Source of the DNA: Dictyostelium discoideum
Lineage: Eukaryota
Assembly: GCA_000004695.1 (NCBI GenBank)
Contig: CM000150.2
Coordinates: forward strand, 4,672,001-4,736,000
Length of the DNA: 64,000 bases
Reading direction: 5' to 3'
Made by a program: the position numbers and the translations under genes
The notes under the pieces: generated by a model
What the model was told of the DNA's origin: nothing
Databases searched by the model: none
The model's input: only the letters and a program-made list of their open reading frames with translations
Shown here: positions 1-16,320 of the stretch, in pieces
How positions within the stretch are numbered: position 1 is the stretch's first letter
Layout: each line of letters starts with the position of its first letter

Positions 1-1019
1 TCTTTTGATATACAAGTGTATGAATTTGTTAATTGATAACAGTAATAATGAGGTGGGCAAGAATCATGACTACATTTTGCAAGGTCAATAGGTGGTATTG
101 TTCCAGTGGAACCTGTTGTTGGGGTTGTTGTTGTTCCTGTTGCTCCTGATGTCGAAATTGATGTTGAAATTGTTGGTATTCCCGTTGTTGAAGTTGATGA
201 AGCAGTGGTTAATATACCAGTTGTTGAGGTTGTTGAAGCAGTGGTTAATAAACCAGTTGTTGAAGTTGTTGAAGTTATGAAACCAGTTGTAGTAACAATG
301 CCAATCGTTGAAGCTGTTACACCAGTGGTAGTTACAAAACCAATTGTTGAAATTGATAAATCAGTTGTTGATACAGGACCAATTGTAGATATAGAAATGC
401 CAGTGGTTGTAACTATACCAGTGGTTGAAATATCAACAGAGCTTGAATCAACTTCACAAACTGAACATTGACCATCAAAACATACAGATGTTGGACAATC
501 TGGTTCTAAATTTGCACAATCAATTGGAATTGTTAAACAAAGATCACCAGAACAATACTTTGGATAACATAAATCTTCAGTGAAACAAGTTGTAGAGTTA
601 CATTGACAATTTGGAATCATTTCATGTGAACAACCTAATAAATCATCACAGGTGTCAATAGTACATGCATTAAGGTCATCACAAATTGTTTTATTTTCAA
701 TTGTACAACCAAAACCTTCTAAACAAACTGGTACTGTACAAAAAGTTTCACTACCCGGACAAATTCTTGGTATATCTCTAACACAATTACCACAAATTTC
801 TTTTGGTTCAACACATTGTGTTGGGTCATCAACACATGGAGCACTTAAATCTAAACCATTACAAACGCCACCATCATCAACCCAACTACAAAAGAAATTA
901 CCTGATGCCATTATTGTTAATGGTGTTGATTCTGGATCAACATCAATTGATCTAACACATGAATAAAGATCAATGGGATAAACATAATTCTAATATTTGA
1001 ATTGATTTTAATTTTAGTA

Positions 1020-1052
<33 letters not shown>

Positions 1053-1828
1053 TTTTTAAAACTTACTTCATCATTGTAAACAACACCATCAATTGTATTT
1101 GGATAGAAATTAACTGAGCCTGAAAATCCATTTGATTGACCAGCTTGATCAGCTATTAAAGTATTATTGAAGAAAACCCAAATTTCACCCATAATTGAAA
1201 AACGGAAAAAGTCATTATATTCATCGAGTGGAATATATGAGAGATGAAGCTCAAAACAATGATACTGATTGAATCGATCACTTGCATACTCAGGGAATAG
1301 ATTAGGGTCACCAAATCCAACACCATCAGTTGGTGCAAATGGTCCACCACCACCTATTATATTAAAATTATCCCAAAGATCTAGATCTAATTGATAACTT
1401 AAAAAATAATTTGAACAAAGATCATCACTATTGAACCATTTATTAAAGGATTGTTCATCATTTACAATTAAAACTCCTTGATCATCAACGACAGGATTTT
1501 CGCCACAACAATATTTTGGTCTTTTATCATCTCCCAAGGTTGGTTGCATAATACCAGTTACAAGATCATCACTTAATCGGATTCCAAAATCTGGATTACG
1601 ATCAGGTTTAAAATTTCTTATTATTAATTGTTGAGGTATTGGTCTTAATCTACCATCATCATCACTAGATTGACCTATAAAATTATTTTTTTTATTAAAA
1701 AAAAATTATTATAAAAATTAATAAACTTTGTTAGTTTTTTATATTTTTATATTTTTATTTTTTTATTTATTTTTACCAAAAACATAGTTTATTAAAATAA
1801 TAATAAATATTAATATTATTAATTTCAT
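1..1828 (-). CDS. Secreted Cys-rich/Thr-rich modular protein, 5' part of a gene continuing beyond the window start. Model: complement(join(<1..989,1067..1674,1777..1828)).
   Basis: Exon 1 (1828..1777) encodes MKLIILIFIIILINYVF-G, a classic signal peptide, and ends at a GTAAAA donor. Exon 2 is joined in phase 1 (…F-G-QSSDDDGRLRPIP…VVYNDE) and ends at GTAAGT (rc of acttac, 1061-1066). A 77-bp intron ends at attag, then exon 3 starts at 989. Exon 3 reads NYVYPIDLYSCVRS… followed by repeated CxxDxNxCTxDxCxxxxGC units, which I recognise as the Dictyostelium CTDC Cys repeat. It continues with a long T/S/G/I-rich stalk (TTGIVTTTGISISTIG…) and a second Cys block (CSHDSCPPHYYCYQ…) running to position 1. 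The + strand ORFs 92..280, 106..471 and 652..966 are antisense/out-of-frame readings of this exon. The N-terminal globular domain (DDQGVLIVND…) may be PA14-like; this is unconfirmed. Confidence 0.7.
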
Positions 1829-2129
1829 ATTATTGATTTGGGAGTATATTGAATGATCCTAATATTTTTTAATTTTTTACTATTTTATATTCAAAAAAAT
1901 AAATCAACAAAAAAAAAAAAAATATTAATAAATAAATAAAAAAAAAAAAAAGTAATAAAATTGTATGTTTACAAATTAAAAAAATAACCACACTTTGAAA
2001 AAAAAATATATAAAATGTGGGAGGTGTGGTAAATAATTATTTTACAAATAGAAACATCATTTCCATTCTACAAAAATTTAATTTTATTATCCAAAGCCAT
2101 TGCAATATTTATTAATATTATAAATCTTT

Positions 2130-2714
2130 TTAATAGTTATCAAACTCTTCTATTAAAGAAATAATTTTTGATAAAATTTTATAATTATTAATATTAATAT
2201 TAATATTATTATTATTATAATTATTTTTAATAATTGAATTAATTATGGTTAGTTGATCTTCATCATCTAAAAATAAAAATTGGAATAGTAGATCACCATC
2301 CAACATATTCTTTGAGAAAGATAATTCAGACCTATAGAGTTGATGATCATTATTTAACAATGGTCTAGTATTATTTGATTTTTTTAAAATTTGTTGAATA
2401 TTATTAAGTATACGATATTCCCTTTTACTTAATTTACCAAACACAATTACACTTCCTAATAATGAACAAGTTATAATTTTATTTTTATTTGATAGTGGTG
2501 ATTTTAATTGATATAATTTCATACATGTTTCTTTTAAACTAAATTGTACTACAGGATCAAGAATAACTGGCATAAAATTATTTACAATCGGTGGTACAAT
2601 ATCTTCACCATCTTGTTGCTGTTGTTGTTGTTGTTGTAATGGTAATAATTTATGTTTTTGGTTCAAGTTTAAAATTTTAAAATTACCATACTTATCAACA
2701 GTTGCAATTAAATT

Positions 2715-2745
<31 letters not shown>

Positions 2746-3335
2746 TCAAAAGATAAAAATAAAGCATCTGTTATATATTTTGATTTATCAGAAGCAATTA
2801 CATTGAAAATATCATTTTCATCTTGTTCTTCCATTTCTTCCATTTCTTCATTATTGTTATTATTATTATTATTTATAGTCCAACTATAAATATCAGAACC
2901 ATTTAATTCAGTAGCTAAAAATATTTTATTTGTTGATTGATTAAATTTTGAAATTGTTATTGGATGAGGTGTTAAGATTTGAGAGTTTTGAGTGTCTTCT
3001 AAATTAATTTGTCTACCACTATTGTAATCAATTAATAGATTACCACCAGTTGTAAAAACCATATATTTTTCATTTGAAATTAGTAATACTGATGAGATTT
3101 GATCTGGAATTAATTTGGTTTTTTCTAATGTTAATGAAACATCTTCACTACCACCACTACTACTACTACCACTACCACCATTACCATTTAATTGAACAGA
3201 ATAAAATAAAATTGTACTTTGATTAATAAAATCAGTACCATAAACTATAATTAAATTCTTTTGTGACCAATATTTAATTGAATGTCCAAATTTAATATTT
3301 AAATTATTTTTTGTTGAATAAATTTCTTTATAAAA

Positions 3336-3378
<43 letters not shown>

Positions 3379-5672
3379 GATTCTGAAGCAGAAGTTAATA
3401 ACCAAATATTTGTATCACCTAATACAACGATAATATTATACTTTTCAATGAATAATATTCTATTTGGATTTTGTTTACTTCTACTATTATTATTGTTGTT
3501 ATTATTATTATTTGTGATTGAATTATCAATTTTTCTAATACTAATTCTTTTTGAGAAATCAATTGAAACTAAAGAGAAACCAAGATCAGGATTAATAAAT
3601 ATAAATTCTAATTTTGAACTACCATTTATAATATCAAGTGATGATTGTAATTCTAATTGAATTTGTTGTTCTGATTGTAATTGTAATTGTGGTTGTGGTT
3701 GTGATTGTGATTGTGAGTCACTTGAATTTAAAGATTGAGAATTTGGTATTGAATGAAAAGGTATTCTATTAAATAAAGAAGCACCACTAACCATTTGATC
3801 ATCTTTATAAGAGATTTTAATCATTGTTAAATGATTTTTTATACTTGTTAAATAGTATGGTAAATTAGTTAAAATGATTGCACCATGATTCATCACTGGT
3901 ATAATTGAAATTGGTGAATTTGAAATAGTCTTTGAATATAAATTACTAGAGAATTCAATCACTTTCTTCTTTTGGTGATGATGATGATCATCATCATGAT
4001 CATCATCATGATCATCATCATTATTTAATTTTAAATTAAAATTTAAATCCCATTTTAAAAGTTTACCATCTCTTAAACCACATAATAATTTAAATTTAAT
4101 TTTATTATCATTTTTTGATTGTTGTTGTAATGGTTGTTGATTTAAAATACTTAATAAAATTGAATGTGGTATTGCACTTAATTCAGTTCCAACTTGTTCT
4201 TCTCCTTCTTGTTGTTGATTAATTTTACTTGATGATGATGATGATGATGATAATGAAAATAATAATTTATTTAATTTAAAATCTAATAATATTATATCCA
4301 TTGAATAATTACCAATACAACATGTATTGAATAAATGATCATTATCAAAATCTATTACTTTACTATGATCAAAATGTGGTAATGATATACAAGAGATTTC
4401 ATAATCCAATGATATATCATTGATTGGTGTGAATTTGAAATTTGATGAATCATAATCATTATCTTGAATTGTGAATGATAATAATTTATTTGGTTTTGAA
4501 ATTGAAACTAATAATAGATTATCTCTTGAACATGAGTTAGTGATAACACTACCCTCCATTGTATTCCATCTAATGGTATTCTTTGTAACATTATATTTAC
4601 AATTATATAATATTATTGATTTTGGTGTCACTTGTAAAAATGTACCATTTGAAGTTCTACAACAATAGATTGTTGGTTGATTGGTTAAGAAATTTAAATT
4701 ATCAGGTTCACCACTACCACCACCACCACCACTACCACCACCACCATCAACTTGTGAAATTAAAGTTGACTCAACTAAACCAATTATAATGTATGGATTA
4801 AAACACCAAACATTTGTTGGAATACCATTTAATTTATTATCACCTAGAATATTTGTTGGTATTGAATTTTCAATGACTTTGACAGAACCAAAACTATTTG
4901 AACCACCACAAACACTATAAATCTTTGTTGAAAACTTTTGTTTATGAACATCGAAATCAATTATACCACCATGATTATCAAATGTTTCTATCATTTCCAC
5001 TGATTGATTATTACTTTTAAAATCAAATTTAAATATACCACCATCTGATAAATCACCAAGTATAAAGAAATAATCATCTTTTAAATTTATAATTGATTGA
5101 ATTGGATTAAATTTAAAATCGAATCTTTTTGCAAATTCATTTGATGATGATGATGATGATGAAGAATTACCACCACTACCATTACTAAATTTGATAATTT
5201 CAGAATATTTGAAATTAACATTATAAATTGAACCTCTTTCATTACCAATAATTAAATTAATATTGGATTCTGATGATAAATACCAACTCCAACCAGTAAA
5301 TAATTGATTATTACCTAATACTTTATAACCATCTTCATCATAAACATCATCATCACAAACATCATCATCATCATCATCACCGTCATCATCATGGTCTATA
5401 ATTTGTTCCTTTCCAACATTTACAATTTTTAAAATTTCAAAATTTGAATTTGAAAGTATAATTTGATTTGAATCATTTGAAAATAAAAGGAAATAATGAT
5501 GAAAATTAAAATTTGAAAGTTGATCATCCAATTTATTTGGTAATGTTATTATTTCATAATTAAATGTTGAATTAATTATTGATGATGGTATAATAATCTT
5601 TTCAATTTTATGTGTTGAAAAATTAAATTTATATTTTGTTAAAATCGTTGATATCGTTGTATTTGTATATGC

Positions 5673-5747
<75 letters not shown>

Positions 5748-6038
5748 ATTATTAATATTATAATTATAATTATAATAATTTTTATGATTTTTATCAATTT
5801 TACTAACTACAATTATATATAAATGATCACAAGTTGAATAATATAAATCCTCTTTATCATATGTAAAATTGAATGAATAAACATCACCAATTACATCAAT
5901 TTCAATTTGTTTTGAAATTATTGAAAATGGATCATTAATATCACCGTCATCATTACTATTTACTAAAAATATTGATAATTTCTTTTTTAATGCACATACA
6001 CCTATAACTCTATTACTAAAATAAATAAATTAATATAA

Positions 6039-6070
<32 letters not shown>

Positions 6071-6854
6071 GATTGTAATATATGTATTATACATACCATG
6101 GTGAAATTTGAATTTTTTCACCTAAATATTTAAAACTATAACCTGGTGGTGATATTTTAAAGTGTTGAACAAATAAAAATTGTTTTTTTAAATTTGACCA
6201 TGATAAAACTGATAAATAACCAGAATCTGATGTTAAGATTAAAAAATCTTTTTTTTTAAAATTTTTATCAAAATATTTTAATTCTTCTGCATTTCTTTTA
6301 AGATTATGTTGTGATTGTGATTGTGATTGTAGTTGTGATTGTGATTGTGGTTGTGGTTGTGGTTGTGGTTGTTGGTATGAATTAGTATTATATGAATAAA
6401 ATTGTGATAAATTTTGTGATGATGATGATTGTTGTGAATCTGATAATGAATTTGATTGTTGTTGTTGTTGCTTTTGTTGCTGCTTTTGTTGTTGATTCAA
6501 TTTTAAATAATTTGTAATTGAATTTAAAGGTAATGTTAAAACTTTAATATCTTTTACAATTGAGAATATAGGTTGATGATTAATAGATTCTAATGATTGA
6601 GAAGATGTAAAATATTCTAATATCTCTAAACAGTTATCTTTAATGAAAACCAATTCCCTTTGTTTCAATTCTTCATTATCATTTATTGAATTCCTAAAAT
6701 TACCACCTACACAATGTGTGATTATACTTGGATTTGAAACTGTCTTTGAATAGAAAAAAACATCTTCCACTTCTTCTTCTTCTTCTTCTTCTTCTTCCTC
6801 TTCCTCTTCTTTTCCCATTAAGATTGATGAAAATATATCATAGTCATTTTTCAT
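2130..6854 (-). CDS. DDB1/CPSF160/SF3b130-family beta-propeller protein (MMS1_N + CPSF_A architecture), about 1500 aa. First exon 6854..~6090, intron ~6013-6089, large exon ~6013..2130.
   Basis: The ATG at 6854 starts MKNDYDIFSSIL…VFFYSKTVSNPSIITHCVGGNFRNS…ELVFIKDNCLEILEYF, which matches the N-terminal propeller start of DDB1/CPSF1/SF3B3-type proteins. The C-terminus …ELSFSKNMLDGDLLFQFLFLDDEDQ matches the family's conserved C-terminal motif (DDB1 …IDGDLIESFLDIS…, CPSF1 …VDGELLNRYLYLS…). The track ORF 2130..5531 begins with TTG and is not a real start. The reading frame stays open upstream through the (AAT)n tract to an acceptor near 6013 (ttatag|GTGTATG). The exact donor choice near 6087-6092 (GTATGT vs GTATAA) is unresolved. 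Length suggests a CPSF160 orthologue but DDB1 is not excluded. Confidence 0.65.
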
Positions 6855-7814
6855 CTCGTTTTCTTTTTTTTTTTTTTAAAAGGTTGGTTTTCTATAGTAA
6901 CCCTGTTTTTTTTTTTTTTTAGTTTTTTAGTTTTTTAGTTTTTTAATTAATTAAAAAATGAATTTAAAAAAAAAAAAAAAATAATGACGAAAATGTGAAT
7001 TTAAAAAAAAAAAAAAAATAATTTCAGGGGGAAAATTTTTTTTTTTTATTTTATTTTTATTTTATTTTATTTTTTATTTTTTTTTTTTTTAACAATGATT
7101 TAATTTTTAATATTAATTTAGTATAAAAAAAAGAACACTCCCAAAGATACCCCAATGATATAAAAATATAAATAAAAATGAATGTAATCATTTTTTTTTT
7201 TTTTTTAAAATTTTTATAAATAAGATTTTCTTTTTTTTTTTTTTTTTTTTTTTTTTCATTTCTGAATAAATATATTATTAATTATTTATTAATAAAATTT
7301 TTTTTTATTTTTTTTAATCTAAAAATAAAAATTTAATTTTAGGGCTTTTATTATAATAAAATAATACCCTTTTACCATTTTCTTATTTTGGATATTTCCA
7401 GATTTGGCAATTTTCTTTTAGGTTTTTAGATTTTACTTAAAATAGTAAAAATTTCTTTTTTCTTTATTTCAAATAATTTAAAATTGAAAAATGGTCGAGT
7501 ATAAATAGAGTAAACTTTGAAAAAAAAAAAAAAAAAAAAATAATCATTCAAGCAAATATAAAAAAAAAAAAAAGTAAATCTAACTCTAACAATTAAAAAG
7601 AATTAGATAAAAAGTTGATTGTTTGTTTAAAATAAAATAAAAAAAATGGTAAAGCAATAAAAAAAAAAAAATAATGAAAAAAAAAAAAAAAAAAAAAAAA
7701 TAATTACCATTTTTATTCTACCTTTAATAGTATTATTTTTTTATTTATAAAGTAGTTTTTTTCCCAAATAAAAAGGGTTTACATTCAGTTATAATCTAAA
7801 TAATAATAATAATT

Positions 7815-7980
7815 TTTGAATCAATACCAATCAAATGATAGAGAAAGGAAAGATTTATCTATGCACTTTATCATAAAAAAAAGGTTGATGATCATCATAT
7901 AAATATTTTATTTCTAAAGTAATAAAATGAATCAATACTAATCAAATGTCAGAGAAAGGAAGGATTTATCTATGCACTGA
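7815..7980 (+). repeat. Two ~48-bp direct repeats (caatac[c/t]aatcaaatg[a/t][t/c]agagaaagga[a/g]ag[a/g]atttatctatgcact) ~65 bp apart in an intergenic region
   Basis: The copies are 7820-7868 and 7932-7978 at about 90% identity. They are non-AT-rich relative to the flanks. Confidence 0.7.
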
Positions 7981-8230
7981 GGCATTTTGAAAAGATGATA
8001 TCATTTATAAAAGAAAAAAAAAAAAATTATAAAACAAAAAATTAAAAATAAAATAAAAAAAAAAAGGTTTAAAAAAAATAAATATATATTTATTTTAATT
8101 AATATAAAATAAACTATTTCCTTTTATTCTATTATTAATAAAAAATTCAAATTATACAAATGATTTGTTATTATCATTTTCATAAAATTAAAACTGATCA
8201 ACAATTGTAAGTTGGTCCCTACCATTTTAT

Positions 8231-8274
<44 letters not shown>

Positions 8275-8331
8275 TTGATTGTGGTGATAATATTATTTAA
8301 ATTAAATTATTTATTAGATTTAAATTGATTA

Positions 8332-10412
<2,081 letters not shown>

Positions 10413-10428
10413 TTCTATAATTATTATA

Positions 10429-10463
<35 letters not shown>

Positions 10464-10680
10464 CTATATTATTGTAACTTTAATATATAAAAATATAAAA
10501 TAAATATAATTTGTGTAAATTGTGGAAATTAAAGAAATGAAAAAAAAAAAAAATAATAAAAAAAATTGAAAAAAAAAAAAAGTGAAAACTTGAAAAAAAA
10601 AAAAAAATTAAATAAATTAATTTTTTTGTATTTCTATATTTAGATTCATAGGATTCTGAGATAAGATGGGTGTCAAGATA

Positions 10681-10686
<6 letters not shown>

Positions 10687-10725
<39 letters not shown>

Positions 10726-11415
10726 TGAATTTTTCCAGATATCCAGAAAACTATTTTTATTTTTTTCTTGAAATAAACTGAAATTGTTTTCAAGTTGTAT
10801 TGGTTTCTTATTAAAAACTAATATTACAGAAGATTCTAATCTAAATGTTTTGAAAAATTTTTCATCTGGATTTGTAAAACAATGTGTGTGAGAAATTGGA
10901 GGTTTGGTGATTGATAATGTACCAAAATGATTTGAGATTTTGAATTTGAATTCTGTAATGAAGGTATTGATAAGATCATAAGTTACTTTTTCATTTTCAT
11001 ACATATTTTATGAGAATGTGGTTGTTCCTTCTTTACCATCATCTGATATCTTGATATTTAAATTTGAAGCAGATACAAAAGGAGAAAACAGAAAAACATA
11101 TTTTTGATCAGGGGATACCAATTCTTGAAAACTAAATGACTGACATTCTGGATGTTCCATTGGATAACCAAAATACCCACCACCACCACCATCATCATCA
11201 CTTATTTTTTGTTTTTTATATGGATTAATTTGATTATAATTATTGAATAGTTCACCAGAATAATTATAATTGGAAATGGTTTTTCCTACCTCTTTTACTT
11301 TATCTTTTTCATTTTTTGAATTCACATGTGAAGATAATATTGGTGTGGTGGTGGTGGTGGTAGTGGGATAGTTTGTAAGTTGTGTAAAGTTGTTAATTGA
11401 TTGATTAACTGCCAT
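10687..11415 (-). CDS. Conserved-looking gene of unknown function, interrupted by a single in-frame TAA (11008-11010); possible pseudogene or sequence error.
   Basis: ORF 11008..11415 (MAVNQSINNF…GGGGGYFGYPMEHPECQSFSFQELV…GTTTFS*) and ORF 10687..11004 (MYENEKVTYDLINTFITEFKF…) are in the same frame, separated only by TAA plus one codon. Codon usage is coding-like on both sides. Confidence 0.4.
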
Positions 11416-12535
11416 AGTCTTGTTTATTTTAAAAATGTTAGCTATAATATTTCCCTTTTTCCAGTTACTTGAATTCTTTGAATATTATTCAAAGTAACTG
11501 GATCTTTGAATTATATATAGTATTCCCTATTGGGTATTTCATATTAAATTAATTTAGTTGTATCATTGTTTATTATGGCACCTAATTTTGAAAGTGTGTT
11601 GTATATTATTAGTTTATCTTCTTTACTAATTTCATTTAAAAATATAATTTTAATTGATTTTGAATCTGACCAAGGAACAATTTCAAAATTTATAGATGTA
11701 AAAGCATATTCCCAAAAATAACTGAATATGACTTTTCATCAATTGACTCTTTAACTGCATATTCATTAGAAGTTGTATCAAATATTTCTTTTCCTTTTCC
11801 TTTTCTTTTTCTTAATATTACTACATTTTAAATTAATTTATTTATATATTATTTTATTTTATTTTTTATTTATTATTTTTTTTTTATTTTACATCTTTAT
11901 TTTTTTTATTTTTAAATATTAATTTCAAAAAAAAAAAATATGTATATTAAATTCAAACCATCTGCGTGAGTTGTAATAGTTTGTTAGGGGTTAAATTTGC
12001 CTAAAGATGAATTTTTGTAAGTAAAAAAAAAAATTTTTTTGTAAAAAAAAATGAAAAAAAATGTTAAATGTTATCCAAATCAAATGAAAAAAAAACTTTT
12101 AAATGCCAGAATGATAAGATTTTCAAAGATGAATTGATTCTACCTAAAAAAATAATAAAAAATTAATTTTACTTTTTATAGATATTTTTTATTCTTATAA
12201 AAAAGTTGTTTAAATAAATTTATTTGTGTAATTATTATTTTCAATTGAATTTTTATTTAATTTTTATATTATTTTTAAAAGAAATAAAAATGATAATAAA
12301 AAAAAAAAAATTAATATTATATTCGAATTTTCAAAAAAAAAAAAAAAAGGAAAATAAGAAAATAATAATATATAATGTTGTGAAAATATTTTAATAAATA
12401 TTATAATAAAATAAAGTTTAGATTCCTAAATGTCTATTAAAAATAGTAAAACAATAATAATTATTTATTGAACATAAATAAATATGAAATTTGTTTTTTT
12501 TTTTTTTTTTTTTTTTGATTTTGATTTTTTTTTTT

Positions 12536-13855
12536 TTACATATATAAACCTTCTGGAGCACCAGCTGTTTTTCTGTATAAAACTTTTTCTTTTGCTTTTT
12601 TAAAATCAGTATGAGTTACTCTCATTCTACGTTCTCTGAGTGCTAAAAGACCAGATTCAGTACAGATGGCTTTGATATCAGCACCGGATAAATCATCTTT
12701 AGACATAACAAACTCTTCAAGGTTAACATCTTCAGAGAGATTCATTTTAGCAGTATGAATTTCAAAGATCTTTCTCTTGGTCTTAATATCTGGAAGAGGG
12801 AATTCAATTTTACGATCGATACGACCTGGACGAATGAGAGCAGGATCTAAAGTTTCAATACGATTTGTAGCCATGATAACTTTTACATCGGTTCTAGCAT
12901 CGAAACCATCCAATTGATTCAAGAGTTCCAACATAGTTCTTTGAATTTCACGTTCACCACCAGATTGAGAATCATAACGTTTGGTACCAACAGCATCGAT
13001 TTCATCAATGAAAACAATTGATGGTGCACATTCATCTGCAACTCTGAATAATTCACGAACTAATTTTGGACCATCACCTAAATACTTTTGAATTAATTCT
13101 GAGCCTACAACACGTAAAAATGTAGCGGATGTTTGATTTGCTACGGCTTTGGCTAATAAAGTCTTACCAGTACCTGGCTCACCATAGAGGATGACACCCT
13201 TTGGTGGTTTGATACCAATCTCCTCATAGAGCTCTGGATGAGTCAATGGCAATTCGATGGCTTCTTTCATCTCTTGAACTTGTGCTTCCAAACCACCGAT
13301 ATCGCTGTAGGATTCGGTTGGTGCCTTTTCAACCTTCATTACGTTCACCATTGGGTCGACTTCACCATCGATTACACCAACCACAGAGAGGGTCTTGTTA
13401 TTTAATAAAACAGTTGCGCCTAGGTAAAGTTTTGATTTATCTACAAATGACATGATACGGACATAATGCTCTGGTCCTACGGTTGATGACACGATGGCGT
13501 GATTATCATCGATAATCTCCTCCAAATTACCAACTGTCAATGGATCACCACGGAGTTCCTCAATGATTTTCTCATCGGCTTGTTCTTTGCTATTTTCATC
13601 AACCTTTGGTTGATTGAGATCATAGTTTTGTAAAAATTCTTGTTCCATTAATAAATAATCTTTAATACGTTCAAGTTTCAATTGTTTTAATTTACATTTT
13701 GAATGTGGTGTAATAACTGGTAATTTAGTTGATGTCTCTGCTCCTCTTCTCTTTTTCTTTTTACCAAATTGTGTTGGTGGTGGTGGTGGTTGATACTTTG
13801 GCTGATCTTTTTTTTCACCTTTATCACCTTGGCCTTGTGATTGATTATTACCCAT
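12536..13855 (-). CDS. psmC1: 26S proteasome regulatory ATPase subunit 4 (Rpt2/PSMC1), 439 aa, single exon
   Basis: The N-terminus is [10 protein letters not shown] (myristoylation-type MG). The Walker A motif GEPGTGKT, the Walker B motif IVFIDEIDA and the run [22 protein letters not shown] are present, as is the C-terminal …[11 protein letters not shown]. It aligns end to end with human PSMC1. Confidence 0.95.
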   Translation of the reverse strand: MGNNQSQGQGDKGEKKDQPKYQPPPPPTQFGKKKKRRGAETSTKLPVITPHSKCKLKQLKLERIKDYLLMEQEFLQNYDLNQPKVDENSKEQADEKIIEELRGDPLTVGNLEEIIDDNHAIVSSTVGPEHYVRIMSFVDKSKLYLGATVLLNNKTLSVVGVIDGEVDPMVNVMKVEKAPTESYSDIGGLEAQVQEMKEAIELPLTHPELYEEIGIKPPKGVILYGEPGTGKTLLAKAVANQTSATFLRVVGSELIQKYLGDGPKLVRELFRVADECAPSIVFIDEIDAVGTKRYDSQSGGEREIQRTMLELLNQLDGFDARTDVKVIMATNRIETLDPALIRPGRIDRKIEFPLPDIKTKRKIFEIHTAKMNLSEDVNLEEFVMSKDDLSGADIKAICTESGLLALRERRMRVTHTDFKKAKEKVLYRKTAGAPEGLYM

Positions 13856-14329
13856 TTATTTATTTAATCTTTTTTTTTCCTTTATTTTTCTTTTTATTTT
13901 AAAATTTATATGTTGATGAAAAAAAAAAAAATTATAAATATATAAAAGAAATATGAAAAAAAATAATTATATGTACAAAAAAAAAAAAAAATTATATATA
14001 TTTGAAAAAATTAAAATGAAAAAAATTAAAAAAAAAAAAAAAAAATTTTGGTGAAGTTAAATTTTTTTAATTTAGTTGTGAAAAAATTAAAAAAAAAAAT
14101 TAAAAAAAATTAAAAAAAAAATTTTAAAAAATAAAAATAAAAAAAAAAAAAATAAAAATTAAAAAAAAAAATAAATAATTAAATAAAAAAAAAAGTGAAT
14201 TTATCACTGTTTGATCAACAATCAGAAATTGTTTTTTTTTTCTTTTTTTTTTTTCCTAAACATAAACTTTTTTTTTTTATTTAAAAAATTTATTTAACAT
14301 TTTTTTTATTTTTATTTTTATTTTTTTTT

Positions 14330-14846
14330 TTAAACAATCCATTGATCATGTAATAAATTCATGATACGAATTGTAATGAAAGCAATTACAGAAAGAAAAG
14401 AGAAACAAGTAATAAATATGAAACCATCTTTTCTTTTTTTATATGGAATTATAATTGGTAATTTCAAATAAGCTAATGATACATAGGCAACTAAAATTTC
14501 TGTTACAACAGAGAAAGCCAATTGAATTGCCATAATTTTAAATTGTTTGGAAATATCATCTCCATAATTTGTTGTAAATACAAAAAAATAACAACAAACC
14601 ATATATGTTGAAACAAAAGTTGCTAAAAATTCAAAAAAATTAAAAAATTAAAAATTAATATTATTTATTTTTTTTTTTTTTTTTTAAAAAAAAAAATACA
14701 TACAAGTTAAATCATAAATCATTTCAAATGATTGATATTCAGTATATAATGGTAAATTTTGTTGCATTACAGCAGCTGCATTTCCAGAACATCTACATCT
14801 ATTATTTATAAATCTTAATTAGTTAGTTTGTGAATATTTTTAATAA

Positions 14847-14885
<39 letters not shown>

Positions 14886-16286
14886 CCAGAAAATAATATT
14901 AATAAAAATACTCACAAAAATCTAACAATAAATGAATCTCTAGCTCTTAAAGAACATTTCCAAATAATTTCTAATAATGAAAGTATTAAAGATGAAATTA
15001 CAACACCTTGTAAAGTATCCATAGTATTACCAAACAATCTACCGTAGAAAGAATTGAAACAAATTGGAATTAACATTAAGGAGATTACAGATCTTGGTTT
15101 TAAATAAGCCAATTGATTAATACAAAATCTTGATATTAAAAGTAAAATTGCAGTTATAACTGGATGAATTACAATTCTAACTACTGATTTTTCAAATTCA
15201 CCAGTTGAATCTTTAATATACCATTTAATAAGGAAATAATCATATGCTATTAAAATGACACCCATTGAAATGTATGGCAATGATACCCATAAACAAAATA
15301 ATTTACTCTTGAACGATTTATAACCAACTATGAATGATACAATGATGATATTACCAAGTGTGAGGAAATACTTTGGTATGAAATCGGCAGTACCCGTTAT
15401 TCCATACACTCTACCGCAGGTTGTGAATACAGCAGATGCAATTGAGAATAGTAAGGCAACTGGTAGGCCACATTTTGTATTTTTAAAACCAAATTGTGAT
15501 GTTAGTACAGAGTATGCAATTGTCACTAACAATTGCTCATTAATTACACCGGCGATAATCGAGACCGCTAGACCCCATCGGGGCTTACTATCATCAAATA
15601 CAAATCTATTACCCAATACAATATAAAATGTTAAATATACACACGCAATCACTGTGACAAGTATTGAAATCAATGTTAATTTTGAAAGATATGACGTTGT
15701 TGTAAACATTGTATCCAATTGCCACCATTTCTTTGGTTTTACAAATAGCTTCAATTCACCTTTTTCTGTATAATATTCATTATAATAATCTAATTCTTTT
15801 GGTTTCTTTTCACCGTTATTACCATCACCGTGATCATCATCACCATTATCACCACCAGCACCATTGGTTGTTGAATCACCACCTTCTTCCAAATCTGTAC
15901 CATCTCTTTCTACATCTTGTTCTTTATTAATTGATGGCCCTATTAATCCATCCATTAAAATTTTATTTCTTGGTGATTCAACCACACTTAATATACTACC
16001 ACTTCTACCATTATTATTATTATTATTGTTATTATTATTTCTCGGAGAACCATTATTACTTGAATTACTATTATTTCTATTTATTTTATTGATATTTAAT
16101 TGAAATTTTGCACCAGAAGCAGTCCTATTGATTTTTGAATCATTGGAAACTAAATCTGATCCATTATCAGCACTATCTTTTAAACTTTTTTGGTCATTTG
16201 ATAATATTGTTGACCCAACTTGACTTTCTGGATCTTGATTTTGTTCTTGTGAGCATTCAATTTCATTGGAATTATTTATTTGATGT

Positions 16287-16320
<34 letters not shown>

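Noticed and set aside
92-966. Plus-strand ORFs 92..280, 106..471 and 652..966 (V/P/E-rich or Leu-rich peptides)
   Set aside because: They are antisense or out-of-frame readings of the minus-strand exon 3 of the secreted Cys/Thr-rich gene (T-T-G-I-V repeats read backwards). They have no independent support.
2130-5531. Track annotation of a Met start at 5531 (and Met at 21469, 56220, 46972)
   Set aside because: The underlying codons are TTG or GTG. In this eukaryotic context the ORFs are internal exons continuing upstream to splice acceptors. Real ATGs are at 6854, 21514 and 55960, and 46972 is an exon boundary.
11575-11722. 49-codon ORF MAPNFESVLYIISLSSLLISFKNIILIDFESDQGTISKFIDVKAYSQK
   Set aside because: It is short, has no recognisable family, and sits in the promoter region of the neighbouring gene. 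It could be a small uORF-like gene but the evidence is insufficient.
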